DNA of 64,000 nucleotides from Camelus dromedarius (lineage: Eukaryota): positions 92,072,001 through 92,136,000 of the forward strand of contig NC_087436.1 in the NCBI RefSeq assembly GCF_036321535.1, read 5' to 3'. This document shows positions 48,711-61,533 of this stretch, piece by piece. Below the pieces are notes generated by a model. That model ran no database searches. It had not been told where the DNA came from and saw only the letters and a program-made list of their open reading frames with translations. The position numbers and the translations under genes are program-made. How positions within the stretch are numbered: position 1 is the first letter of the stretch; every line of letters begins with the position of its first letter.

Positions 48711-51138
48711 GCCTTGACATGTTCCTGTGCAGTCAGGGTTTCAGGCATTCCAAAATAACCTGCATCTTCAAAGAACTTGTTTAAGAATCTTTCTCTCCTC
48801 ACCAGTCTGGAGTCCTCACTGCCATCTCCAACCAGAATCCTAATCCCAGACTCAGATCCTGGAGAGGAAACATCCTTAACAAAATGTACTACGTCTCACA
48901 GAAAAGTGTCCTTATCCATAAGAATAATCTTTGTCCAGGACCCTGAGCTTTCTCTGAGCTCATTCATGGGGCCTGTCATCAACAATCAGCTATTACGTGA
49001 ATCTGTCGAGGCACTAATTTTACCTGTTATATATGTGAGTCTTATTTTTGCAAAATTTAATCACACAGCAGGCCTAATATAAACAGATAAGTGAAAATAT
49101 TTTGTAAAAACCAAAATAGGAGTCAAGGAAAAAAAAAAAAAACTCTATTGAGTGATAGAGCCAGCGACTAGGAAAATGTGTAGACTCTGTTGGCTAAGAT
49201 GGAGAAAAAATGTGTTCCTTTTTGGGCAACCTCAAATTTCTTGCTACAGGAGATTAGCATTCTCAAGAAATTATATGAATTTTATGAAAAGAAGTGCTAA
49301 CCCATGGGTTCAGACATAAAAAAGAGACTGTGGGTGTGTGTGGATGTGTGGTGCGCATGGTGCAGAGGCAAGGTGTTAAGCTGTATTACTATTTGTCTAT
49401 CACGAAATTGTTCAGTGTATCTCTTCCACCCTTTTTCCTTGCTGCTTTCTCTATCACTAGATGTGCTAAACTCTGTGGGTCATTTTGTGCATCTGTGACG
49501 TCACATCACACATGTAACAGGTGCATTTCTGAGCCTCAATTCAGCATGGAACTGTTTTAGTTTTTCAGTCAACTGTCCCTACCTGTGCTTTATCAGATCC
49601 CACTAAGAAGAGGCCTCCTTAAGGATTCCAGAGCTTATCTGCTCCTTTCTGACTTAGAACTGCACCATTTGGGTATTTAAAATAACATCATTAATTTTAA
49701 AGCTTCCATCTCCAACCTGACGGAGAACCCTTCTCTCTCCTCCCTGGCCGGCTACATCCCTCCTTGCTTCTGGGTCACTTGGGAGAAGGAGGTGAGGAAC
49801 GTCTTTTTTTCCCTCTTCAGAGCACTGACTCCTCATTCTTGGAGGTGAGGAGAAGGAAGCGGGAAAAGGGCAAACATCTGGCTTCACTGAGCCAGCTTCA
49901 CTGAGCCAGCACAGTCTCCCCTGTGATAGAACGTGGCAGTTGTTCCAGCTTCGTGACTGTGAAGGGACGGGCGCAGTGCTGACTCTAGCAGGCCCGGGCT
50001 GCACCCCTTGGAAGTCCTTGGAAGATGTGGCCATTCTCCCAGCTGATCCCCAGCTCAAGGATTTGGGCAGCATCCCTCTGATTCACCTGCCTCTTGTTCC
50101 CCCACAAAGCGCTGGTTCCAGAAAGACTGCAGCCTCCAGCATCACTGACCTCAACAGCCAGGCATGTAGGGGAGAGTCCCTCTTCCATACCTGTTCAAAC
50201 TGAGAGCTAGACATGGGATGCATCCTGGCCTCCTCTCTGACGAGTCATTCCTCACCATGCCATTTCTCCCTAATTCTCTTTCCTACATTTTCCTATGTAC
50301 TTTGGCAGGTTAGAAGCTCTCATGAAGCATACATCCAGTGCTGAGTAAAGTGATAGTCTCTCCTTCTTTGAGGCTCCCTAAAATCATGGGTAACTGTCTC
50401 ATCACTGGCCCCCTCAGCCTTCCTTAGATTAGTAAAGAGGAAACACTAGCCCTCTTTTTCTCTCCTCACTTCAAGGGGTAGGAGAATGGTCAACAGAGGA
50501 GTAAGGTTGAGCAAACTTTCTGGAAGGTTGCTGCCAGCTCTCTAAAAGTCAGGAGCACTTAACTCCTTTTATGGTTAGCCTTGGTCTCGGCTGTAATTCC
50601 AGGGCAAAAGGAATTGCAGCAAGTAAACTGCAAACAACTATGAAGACAGAGATGCTTCACATTTCTTTAAGGCCCTGCACATAGCACAGTGCCCCGCACT
50701 GCCAAATTAAAAAAAAAAAAAATTCATGTATTGATTCCAGAGCTGCCTTAGTGGAGCCTTAACAATGGGACACAGCCCTTCATCACAGGATGCTCACCTG
50801 GTGGTGATGATCCACCATCCACAGAGGGGCTTTGGTCCATGTTTAAATTTGTCTTTACGAATTCTGAGACGCCATCACCACATCTGAAGCTCCTGGCGGT
50901 GAAACTAAGTCAAGAAGGACATTGGTCACCACCTCTTTGGTGTTGACATTCAAAAAGGAGAGTTAAAGGAATGAACTCGAATCCTGTCCGGGTGTCACAA
51001 CCTGGCTGTGTCTCTAACTTCTAGAAGACTTTCTTTCTTAGGGCAGATACTCAGTAAATTTTAGCTGATAGGCTGATTGAGCAGCTGGATGAGAAACTAT
51101 GCATCAATATGGTAACATACTTACAAGGCTTCCTGACC

Positions 51139-51629
51139 TGTATGGTCAGGCCACCCTCCTCTTGCTCTCTGCACATCCCCTGCTCGACCAGTCCCTGCCT
51201 CACCCCTACCCTACTCACCTGACTGACCTTCCCACTGAATCATAGAGCCTAATCAGTGAATGCCTACCTACTTGTCCCCGGCCCCAGCTAGTGATTGTTC
51301 TAATCTTTAGATCAGAACTACCTCCACTATGATAGTTTATCAAAGGAGTAGTGAGGAGTGTGTTCCTCAGCTGGTTTCCCTGGGAACCAGCCAACTTGAT
51401 GTCTACTGCCCCTGTAACTGGTAACCTTTCTCTTCCCCAGGAGTGAAGACTGCTGCCATGTCCTGTCCATCGTCCACCACACACAGTGGGTGTCACCTGG
51501 GGACTTGGCTTCAGACACGTAAGATTCTCCTATCATTAAACCACTGATGTCTCTGTTGCTGAGAGGGCTCTTTCTGTCTTGGGGCTGGGCGAGTACAGGG
51601 CTCATGGTCCTGCAGGGTGTAGCCCCACA
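51139..51629 (+). mobile_element. ERVL-class solo LTR
   Basis: TG...CA termini, 5-bp near-TSD tgacc/tgact, ATTAAA near 51535. Confidence 0.8.
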
Positions 51630-51769
51630 TGACTGCAGTCTCACCATCTGACACTGGACAGAACACTGAAATGGGACTTTCTCTGCCACAGTTCTGACCA
51701 TGATCTAAAAGTGGAAATAAATAAATAGGTCCTAAAGGATCCCTGTATCCTAAAAGGATGTTCTCCAGA

Positions 51770-51925
51770 ATGGTAAGCAGTGCAGTGCATGACCCAGCCA
51801 CAAGAGCATCACCTGGGAGCTCGTTAGAAATTCAGAATCTCAGGCTGCAACACAGACCTACTGAGTCAGATCCTGAGTGTTAACAGCATCCCTGGGTGAT
51901 CCACAGGTACACCGCAAGCTAAAGA
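51770..51925. mobile_element. MER5A1-like hAT element
   Basis: gcatcacctgggagctcgttagaaattcagaatctcaggc...agacctactgagtcaga. Confidence 0.85.
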
Positions 51926-51999
51926 GGAAAGACCAGCTTTATCACTGTCCTTACAAACCTGAAGAGTATGAAAGGGTTGAAGCCAAAAAGGAAAAGAGT

Positions 52000-52946
52000 G
52001 TTTCCTCTAAGTGTGTTGGAGGGCTGGTGCATCTGTCCTTCACCTGGCTGGAGGCAGAGGGGAGCTCTAAGACAAATATGCAGAGGGACCTGAGCCTCAC
52101 ACAGCTCTTGGAGTTTCTGAAAAGGCAGGAGTCTCCAGGCAGGACTCCAGCTGAGAGGCTGTGGCTGCATAATAAGGAAGCAGAATCGGACAGCAAACTG
52201 CATTTGAACCAGATCTGGAGGGTTGGTGTGTTTTGTCCTGTGGACCAAACCTGGGCCATGAGAGGAAGAGCCGTCCAGAGCTATTGCCGAAGAATGCTTA
52301 CTGCTGTGGGGAAACCCATTCTAAGGGATGGGGCAGAAACAGCTGGATGCCAGAGGCCGAAGAAGGAGTCTGTACCCGCCTGGCAGAGCCAGTATTGCAG
52401 GCACCAAGAGGACAGCACTCGAAAGGGCCCAGGGGACAGCAAGAGTGTCCCACGGAGGCAGAATCAGCCTTGGAGAGGCGAAACTCTAGAAGATGCCACC
52501 ACAAGGTAGCATTTCATCAGCCACCTGACACTTCTCCCGCAACCAAAAGCAAAACCAAAAACAAAACAACCCGAAATAAGCCAGAGGAAGTCCAGTGGTG
52601 GGTGGGGCAGCCAGGTAAGGAAACAGAAAAGCCCTTCTACCCCCTGCCCCACTGCCGACCTACCAGACAGGAGAGACCCCAATTGGACAAGGGAAGAAAT
52701 TGACGTTGAATACAGCCCAAAGTTCTGATGATTGCGCTAGATTGAACATCTTACTTATTGAAATGCCCTGTGATCGGACCAGAAGACCCTTTATTTTCTG
52801 ATAAGGGGTACAACTATACGACCTGCATGAAAATTTTCCAAGGTTTCAGGAAGAAATCGTCCATAAGTTTGGAAGACATCAGGGAAATGGAGTATCAATG
52901 TTTGGGGCTCATAAAATAACAAACGATGCTCAGTGTACTTGCTACA
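52000..52946 (+). mobile_element. Probable ancient long LTR (Gypsy-type, LTR81/85/88 or MamGypLTR-like)
   Basis: About 1 kb of G/A-rich sequence ending cataaaataa...cttgctaca; family assignment is tentative. Confidence 0.45.
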
Positions 52947-54538
52947 CCGACAAGAAAAGACCTAGAGAGAAGACACCAGACGCCGTCTTACTTTAACCTT
53001 GCTGAGCTACTGTCTGCAAGCCTTTGCTTCGCCCAGAGGATGCAAAGCAAGGTAAGTTAGCAGACTGAGGCCATCCTGTCGTCCATTCTGCCTCGAGAGG
53101 AGCCCAGCTCACTGTGGACACGGTAACCTAAACACGGAGTGCCATCTCCAAGCCACCTGAAACGTGCCTGCTCATTGACGGTAGTGTTAACTGCAGGCTC
53201 CGAGAGCACACAGAAATGGCTCCCTTAAGACCTATATGTATACACTTGTCACTTGGGTTCCAAAGTCTATTTAATTGATTCTGAAACAACCTGAAGAGCT
53301 GGCAATGCTGGGGGTAAACCAGGCCATGAAATTTCCCAACCTAGAAAGCCAACCTCACACAGTCTCTTTAATACTATGGCACGCTTAGAAGGGTTAAGTA
53401 ATGACACTGCGACTCAAGTCTCATTGGGGAAAAGAAAAAAAAGCTTTTGTCTTTCAGGAAGGCTGGGTTAAACACGCACTATTGTCCTCATGTATATTCC
53501 ACGTCATCGCTCAGGTATAACACACATCCCTGCTCCTGCTGGCTCTTTGCTTTAGGGTTTACATCTGACATAAATCACATCCTAAACTCATAAGAAAATT
53601 TACCAGCTTGATTGCCCTCTAATTGCTGTTATAGCAAAAGAAAAGAAAGGGAAGAGTGGAGGGAAGGAATTAGCATTACTGAGTGCTGTTCTATACACCA
53701 GCCTCTTCCATGCACATTATCTGATTCCTCTGTCCATTGCAGCCCCAAGGAACCTGAGGCTCAGAGAGGAAGACAGCAAATTAACAGAGGAACTCAGATG
53801 GAACAGAGGAAACAGATTAACCCAGGCCTTGATGACTCCACAATGTTCCAGTCTGAAGAAACCAATACAGTACAAAAAAATGAATATTTTGTCCACTCAT
53901 CTCAATATTTAATCAGCAAGAGTAAATATTAGCACTATGATCTGAATGCCAGAGGCTAATGAACTACACAGATGGATGAAAAGAGAGGAAAGACAGAACA
54001 CACAGAACCTAATGAACATCTCAAAACACACATGTGCAAAACACACTTCTGGATATGCAAAGACAGACCCACTGTTTGGTTTAGTAAAGACATTTAGCTA
54101 ATAAAATACAAGGAAGAATATAAACAAAGAAAAGGCCTGACTCAGACAGGACAACGGTCTAGAGAAATTCCCCATGATAGAGAGTGGCTGATGGCTTCCT
54201 AGCACAGTGGTGTCTAATAATAAGTCTCAAGTAGGTCTTCGCTGGTGCAGGGCTAGCCAGGAATCCCTTTTCCTCAGTTCCCAACCTTTAGTAACAATCT
54301 CCTACACACAAATACTATATGATGTTAATGGCATTTTGAGGGGGTGAAGAAATGCTTGAGGGCGATGACAAGCGGTGAAGCAGGCAGATAAACAGGAGTG
54401 AGATACAGAATGGATAGAGAATGAATGTAGTGAGTCCACTGAAAACCAAAAATCAGAGCAGAGAGGCCAAGGCTCCAGACCCTGCTTGGGTTCCTTTCCC
54501 AGTCCTGCTGTCTACCAACCGTGTAGCTGAGCAAGACA

Positions 54539-56076
54539 AAAATCGGTCCTGAGAAGTAAGGTGCTGCTGTAACAAATGCTTAAAAATGTGAAGTGGCTTT
54601 GGCTTTGGAACTGAATAATGGTAGTGACTGGAAGTTTGAAGTGCAAGCTAGAAAAAGCCCAGATTACCATGACCAGCGTTACAAAGGTGAACCTGATAAG
54701 AGCTCAGAAAGCAAAGAGAAGAGTTATAGAGGAAGAAAGCGGAGAGCTTTAGAGCCACCTTCTCAGAGAATACTACCTAAGTGGTCCTGAACAGAATGTT
54801 GGTAGAAATATGGATGGTAAAGGCCATTCTGAGAGGTCTCAGATGGGAATGAGGAAAATGTTATTCAACAGTGAAGAAAAGGCAATCCTTGTTATAAAGT
54901 GACAAATAATAGTGAAATTTTATTTGAGTTGCAGGGTTTTTGTGGAAGACAGGACTTGTGAACAAATAAAATTGGATACTTAGCTGAATTCTAAGCAAAG
55001 GGTTGAAGAAGTGGCTTGGTTCCCCTTGACTGCTGATAGTAAAATGCAAGAAGAGAGAAATGAACCCAAAATGGAATTGTTAAGCAAAGGGGAAGCAGAA
55101 TTTAGAGAACTGGAAAATTCTCAGTCTGTCCATATTGCAAAAACAAATGAGAAAGCATGTTTGGAAGAGAACACCAAGGGTGTGGCTGAGCAACTGTGTC
55201 TATGGAGATCAGTATGGATGGAACAACCATGGACTTAACTAACCACTGCAACAAAAGCCAGGAATAGGAACAGGATTATACCAGATACAATGGCAGATAC
55301 AATGCCAGCTGGGACTAAAGGAAACAGAGAAAACAGGACAAATGAAGGAAGACTGTCAGACTTCTGAGCTCCTACAGGACTGTACCATGGAATTATTTGG
55401 TTGAGAATACAGGCTAGTCTTCATGACAGGAAAAAAAAACCCAAAGGTGGTTCAGAGATCATCAGAGCTGCCACTCCCACCACAGACCTAGGGAGACAGA
55501 GCTGCCTCCACCTTGATTTCAAAGAACAAGACCCCAGAGGAGTCTTAGGGGCACAACTCCTGACCCAACAGAGAACCACAGCATGGCTGAGGCCCCTGCA
55601 CAAAACCATGGAGTGAGCAGGGCAGGGCTCTGCCGAGTGGTGAGAGTGACATTGCCATCCTAGTAGGTCAGAAAGGCAAACCATCACACCAAAGATTATT
55701 CTCAAGCCTTGAGATCCCGTGGCTCTTGCCTTGCTAGGTTTTAGACTTGCTTGGAACATATCACTAGTCACCCCTTCCTTCTTTCACATTTATCCCTTTT
55801 GGAATGAGAAAGTCTACACTATACATATCCCATCATTATATTTTGGAAACACATAACTTGTTTGGTTTCACGGGTTGAAAGGTGTGGAGGAGTTTTGTCT
55901 CAAGATGAATGATACCTCAAGTCTCACCTACAGCTGATTGAGATGATAATACACGAAACTTTGGACTTTATATTTTAAAGCTGATGCTAGAATGAGTTAA
56001 GACATTGGGGGCTGTTGGGATGAAATGAATGTATTTTGCATGTAAGGATATGACTCTTGAGGGGGTCAAGGTAGAA
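54539..56076 (+). mobile_element. MaLR internal region (MLT1A-int-like), decayed
   Basis: Starts aaaatcggtcctgagaagtaaggtgctgctgtaacaaatgcttaaaaatgtg; ends in a purine-rich tract directly before the LTR. Confidence 0.88.
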
Positions 56077-56450
56077 TGAAATGGACTGAATATTTGTATC
56101 TTCTCAAAATTCATGTTAAAATCCTATCCCCCCAATGTGATGGTATTAGGAGGTGGGGCCTTTGGGAGGTAGTTAGGTCATGAGGGTGCAGCCCTCATGA
56201 ATGAGATTAGTGCCTTCAGTGCCCTTCTACAGGGACCCCACAGGGCTCCACTGCTCCATTCCTCCATGTAAGGACTCTGCTATGAAAAGATGGCTGTCCA
56301 TGAATCAGTAAGCGGGCTCTCACCAGACACCACCTGCTGGCTCCTTGATCTTGGCCTTTCCAGCCTCCAGAACTGTGAGAAATAAATGCTAACTGCTTAA
56401 GCCACTCAGTTTATGGTGTTCTGTTATAGGAGCTCAAAAGGACAAAAGCA
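56077..56450 (+). mobile_element. MLT1A/MLT1A0 3' LTR
   Basis: aatgtgatggtattaggaggtggggcctttgggagg...ttccagcctccagaactgtgagaaataaat. Confidence 0.92.
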
Positions 56451-57434
56451 GTGGTCTTAGATGAGCACTTGACCTCTTTATACTTCAGCTTCCTTATTTC
56501 CAAAATGGAAATAATAAGCAGAACTTACTCCATGGAGTTATGATGAGAATATATGAAACAACATATGGAGAAAGAGTATAAAGATTCTTTGAACTCTTTT
56601 GATAGTGGTGGTGTTGCAGTGGTTGTCATGATGAGGATGATGAGGACGACTATTATTACTATGTTGATAATCATGTTGATGAATGCTGGGTTTCCTACTA
56701 CTCATTGGATGGGGGCTGAACCATTCTATTTGAATTCTGCATGAAAATGTAGGTTTACATAATACAGCTAAAGTGTGAGAGGCCCAGGCAGCCTACTCTT
56801 ATGTTACTATAAGAGATAGCATTTCCCTGCCTTACACTCCTCATACCCAACTCCCCACATCCACCACCCACACACACAGAGCCAACCTCCAAGCTTTCCC
56901 CCAAACAAATCCGGGGGTTTTTAAGGGAACTCACACTTACTAATGAGTATGATTCTCCAGTGGCCATGCTGAGCCTGCCACATTTCTCCTCTCCGGCTCC
57001 ATCTGTCTCTCTTGCCCAGTGACAAGGTTTCTGCTGAGTAGGCTCCATGAAGTCACTGCTGCCAAAGGCCCTGATGCTCAGACTCGCTGATGCCCACTGG
57101 AGTGCCCTGTTCTTATAGTTCTCCGTTTCCTGGGCACGCTGGTGTACACCATGGTGCAAAGCTCCCTGTGTAGGCAGGTTTGCTGGCTGGGGTAAATCCG
57201 TCTCAGTCCTTGCCATCCAAGACATAAATGGTGGCTCTCGGTCACAGACAGGTCATCATTTTCACGGCTGTGAAGTAACTACATACTCCTGATAGGTGGC
57301 TGTGCTTACATAACCTATGGATAATACAGTAAGAGGGTGCTGCCAGCATATTAAGAAATTATATCCAGAACCCAGATGTTAAATCTAGGTGAGCAATTTC
57401 TGCAACCAAATAAGGTAGTATCTGGAGTTCTAGG

Positions 57435-57960
57435 ATGTACTGTATCTTTTTTTCCTGTAAACTAAAATGTTTTGACATCTTAAAAGCTTCTGGCTAAGAA
57501 GAGACTGCCTTTTCTAGTGCCAGCCAATGTTCAGAGACAGTAAAGGAGCAGGACTTTAAAATGCAGAGTAACCAACCCAGAGCCCTGCTTCCTCTATCTG
57601 GACCACACACTCCCAAGAAGCAATATTCTTCTGCCTTAATCATCCCAATGCCCAGTATCCAACAAGTCGGAACCACTCCCATAGTTTACAGCCTGCTGAA
57701 AGTATTCAAACTAGCCAGTCCTAAACTGTTTAAACTGCCCTGCCTTATATTTCCTGTGAAAACCCCAATGTTTGTGGCCCACGCTCTCCCCTCATCCCAG
57801 TCTTCTGCCTCATGCCCCCCCTGGCGGTTTTCCCACGTGGCTCTGTATGGTGTGCTGTGCCTCCTGCCTCTAGGACCTGTGAGTATGATAAACTTTTTCT
57901 TATTAAGTCTCTGTCTTCTCTCGTGGCCACATCTGACTGACCACCTCATGAAACACCTCT
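57435..57960 (+). mobile_element. ERVL solo LTR, MER74/MER73 group
   Basis: gttttgacatct...gagactgcc...gccagccaat...tattcaaactagccagtcctaaac; related to the opposite-strand copy at 1458-2059. Confidence 0.7.
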
Positions 57961-58199
57961 CTGAAACACAGAGGAATGCAGTTATCGGTACAGACGTGTG
58001 GTGGGCCTCTGACCAGCAGATTCTCACTCTAGGAGGCAGAAGACTGTTGCCGCTAACACAGACACATTTCTTAAGAGAAAATGAAGAGACACAAGAAACC
58101 AAGTGTCCTAAATATCCCCAGGCCCAACATCTGCTGGTGCCATTTGCCAACGTGTATCCTTCACATTTATCGCAGCAAATTCAACTTCTAATAGACTTA

Positions 58200-58624
58200 A
58201 GTATCAGAAGGTTTTTAATGCCCTGCCCAAAAGCCTCTGCGTGTATATTTCCCTATGCATGCTCAGTAGGAGCCCCGCCTATACCCCATGGTGTGCAGCT
58301 CTACAACACCTGTGACTCTCTAACTGCTGGCTTTCTTTTGGCTGGAAGTTCCAAGGAGCTTACCACCCATCCTGTGCAACCCTCAGCCAATGATTTAAGG
58401 GATTTGGAGGATGAATATCCCAGATTTCTTGCCCCTCTGGAGTGTGTTCAGTATTTTAGGATTGAGCTCTAATTGTCTATCACAGTAACTCCTCAATAAT
58501 ACCCTGCATTTGCTTCCTTCTTTCTCTGTTTCAATCTTCACTCTCCTACGGGGGCTTCCTAAAATCACTTCCCAAATGCATTACATACACTCCAATCCTT
58601 GCCTGGGGGACACAATCTAAAACA
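58200..58624 (+). mobile_element. ERVL solo LTR, LTR16-like
   Basis: gcaaccctcagccaatga...tcccagatttcttgcccctc...atcacttcccaaat...caatccttg. Confidence 0.75.
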
Positions 58625-58699
58625 AGTATTTATCTTTGATGGGAAAATTTCTTCCCACCCAAACACATTTTTACTCTATTTTCGTTTCCTAGATTTCAA

Positions 58700-59000
58700 A
58701 GGGAGGTTATCTGAGGTCTCCAAACTTTCCAAAGATTGCAGAAAAATGATTTTCTTTCTGTTTACTTGCAGCTCTTTCTACTTTGAATCCAAGCATTTAA
58801 ACTATCTTTTGCTATTTCTGTGGTTGCACCTATATTTATCTGTCTCTTCCAAGTAACAGGTAAAGAACTTGAGAAAAGAAACTGAATTTTCAGCATCATC
58901 CTGTTTCCTCCAAAATGCCTACAGTGATCAGTTTTGCATGCAGCAATGAGGGCTGTACTGTAAAACACAGTAGATGCTCAATAAGCCTGAGTTGAATTAC
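58700..59000 (+). mobile_element. L2 3' end
   Basis: acacagtagatgctcaataag...gttgaat. Confidence 0.65.
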
Positions 59001-59109
59001 ACAATGACTGGAGAATAAGCAACTCCAGGAGAAATGAAGAGAAGAAAATCACTGAAAATAAATATGTTATTTGGGGATTGGTTTTTCTGATGGACAATTA
59101 AAAATACAT

Positions 59110-61533
59110 TTGTATCAAAATAATAAAGGCTATATATGACAAAACCACAGCCAACATCATACTCAAAGGTGAAAAGCTGAAAGCGTTTCCTTTAGATCAG
59201 GAAAAAGACAAGGATGCCCACTCTTACCACTTCTATTCAAGATAGTACTAGTAGTCCTAGCTCAGCAGTTTGGGGGTGGGGGAAGAGAAAAAAGAAAAAA
59301 ATGAAATACAAAGCATTTGAATACAAAAGGAAATAACAAAATTGTCTCTATTTTCAGATGACATGACCCTATATACAGAAAACCCAAAGACTCCACCAAA
59401 ACTGTCAACTGATAAATGAATTCAGTAAAACTGCCAGATCCAAAAGAAACATACAAAAATCACTTGCCTTTCTATACACTGACAACTAACTACCTGCAAA
59501 AGAAATTAAGAAAACAAACCAACTTGTAATATCATCAAAAAGAATAAAATACTTAGGAATAAATTTAACCAAGGAAGGGAAAGATCTGTACACTGAAAAC
59601 TTTAAAACACAAGTGAGAGGAATTTAAAAACAAAACATAAGTAAATGGAAATACATCCCATATTCATGGATTGGAAGAATTAATACTGTTTAAAAAGCCA
59701 AGTCATCTACAGATTCAATGCAATCGTTATCAAAATTCCAATGCCATTTTTCACAAACATAGAAAAAACAATCCTAAAATTTGCAGGGAACCACAAGAGA
59801 CCCCAAATAGCTAAAGCAATCTTGAGTAAGAGCAAACCTGGAGATAGCATACGTCTGGATTTCAAACTCTATCACGAAGCTATAGTTACCCAAACAGTAT
59901 GGTATTGGCATAAACACAGACACACAGATCAATGAAATAGAAGACAGAACTTCAAAATAAACCTGCAAATATTCAGTTAACTAATTTTGAACAGGGCTCC
60001 AAAAATACAATAGAGAAAGAATAGTCATTTCAATAAATGGTTCTGGGAAAACTGAATACACCCATGCAAAAGAATGAAATTGGACCCTTATCTTACACAA
60101 TACACAAAAACCAATTCAAAATGAGTTAAAGATTTAACTAAGACCTGAAATAATAAATCTTCTGGAAGAAAACATAGGGGGAAAGCTGCTTAACATTGGT
60201 TTTGGCAATAATATTTTGGATCTGACATCAAAAGCACAGGCAACAAAAGCGTAAATAAACAAACGAGACTACATCAAACCAAAATGTTTCTGCACAACAA
60301 ACAGAACAAAAAAACAAATCAAAAGGCAATCTATGGAATTGGGGGAAATATTTGCAAACCCTGTGTTTGATAAGGGGTTAATATCCAAATATTTAAGGCA
60401 ATCTTACAACTCAGTAGCAAAACAAAAAAACCCTCCCCCCCAAATAACCCAACTTTTAAATGGTAAGATAACCTGAAGAGATATTTTTCCTAAGAAGACG
60501 TGCAAATGGTCAACAGGTACATGACAAGATGTTCAACATCACTAATCATCAAGGAATATAAATGAAAACCACAATGAGATACAACTCACACATGTTAGGG
60601 TGTCAATGACCAAAAAGACAAGAGATAAGTGTTGGCAAGCATGAGGAGAAGAGGGAAACTTTGTAATTTCTTATAACAATGCTTGTTGGTGGGAATGTAA
60701 ATTGGTGCAGCCAGTATGGAAAACAGTATAGAGGTTCCTCAAAAATGAAAACAGAACTACCATATGAACCAGCAATAGAACCAGCAATCCCATTTCTGAC
60801 TATATATCCAAAAGAAACGGAATCACTATCTCAAAGAGATATATGCTGTCCCATGTTCACTGCATCATTATTAAAATAAGCCAAAAGAAACAATCTAAGT
60901 GTCTATTGACAGATGAATGGATAATGTGATAGATAGATAGATATAATACATATATATGTAATATTATATATATACATTATATTATATATAATAAGTATAT
61001 ATGTTTCTATATAAATATTAATCAGCCCTATAAAAGAAGGAAACTTTGCCAATTGTGACAACATGGATGACACTGAAGGACATTATGCTAAGTGAAATAT
61101 ATCAGACAGAGAAAGACAAATACTATATGGTATCACTTATATGTTGAATATAAAAAAAGGTCAGATTCAAAGAAACAGTCAAATGGTGGTGCCAGGGGCT
61201 GGGGAGGTAGAGGAAAAGGGAAGGGAGATATTGGTCAAAGGATACAAACCTTCAGTTATAAGGCAAATAAGTTCTAAGGCTCTATATAGTCAGCATGGTG
61301 ACTATAGTTAATAGCACTGCATTGTATACTTGAAATTTGCTAAGAGAGTAATCTTAAGCATTCTCAACAACAAAACAACAACAAAAGCAACTATGTAAGA
61401 TGATGGGTGTGGTAATTAAGTTGATTGTGGTAATTATTTCACAATGTATATAAATATCAAACCATCACATTTTATACGTTAAATATAAACAACTTCACTT
61501 CTTAAGTATAGCTCAATAAAGCTGGCGGGGAAA
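59110..61533 (+). mobile_element. 5'-truncated L1 (L1MA-type), decayed ORF2 from the RT domain to the 3' UTR
   Basis: [15 protein letters not shown] motif, aagacaaggatgcccactct (RQGCPL), track ORF 59741..59935 ([13 protein letters not shown]), many frameshifts and stops, and 3' end ctcaataaagctgg. Confidence 0.95.

Noticed and set aside
49881..49910. 14-bp tandem duplication (similar ones near 17288, 55283 and 60766)
   Set aside because: Ordinary slippage duplications with no further structure.
51877..52703. 210-aa and 156-aa ORFs
   Set aside because: Non-ATG starts, begin in or cross repeat sequence, and show no recognisable domain; explained by G/A-rich composition.
54593..55771. ORFs in the MaLR internal region as a domesticated gene
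   Set aside because: Fragmented by stops and frameshifts; consistent with neutral decay.
59110..61277. Active L1 reverse transcriptase
   Set aside because: 5'-truncated, with many frameshifts and stops.
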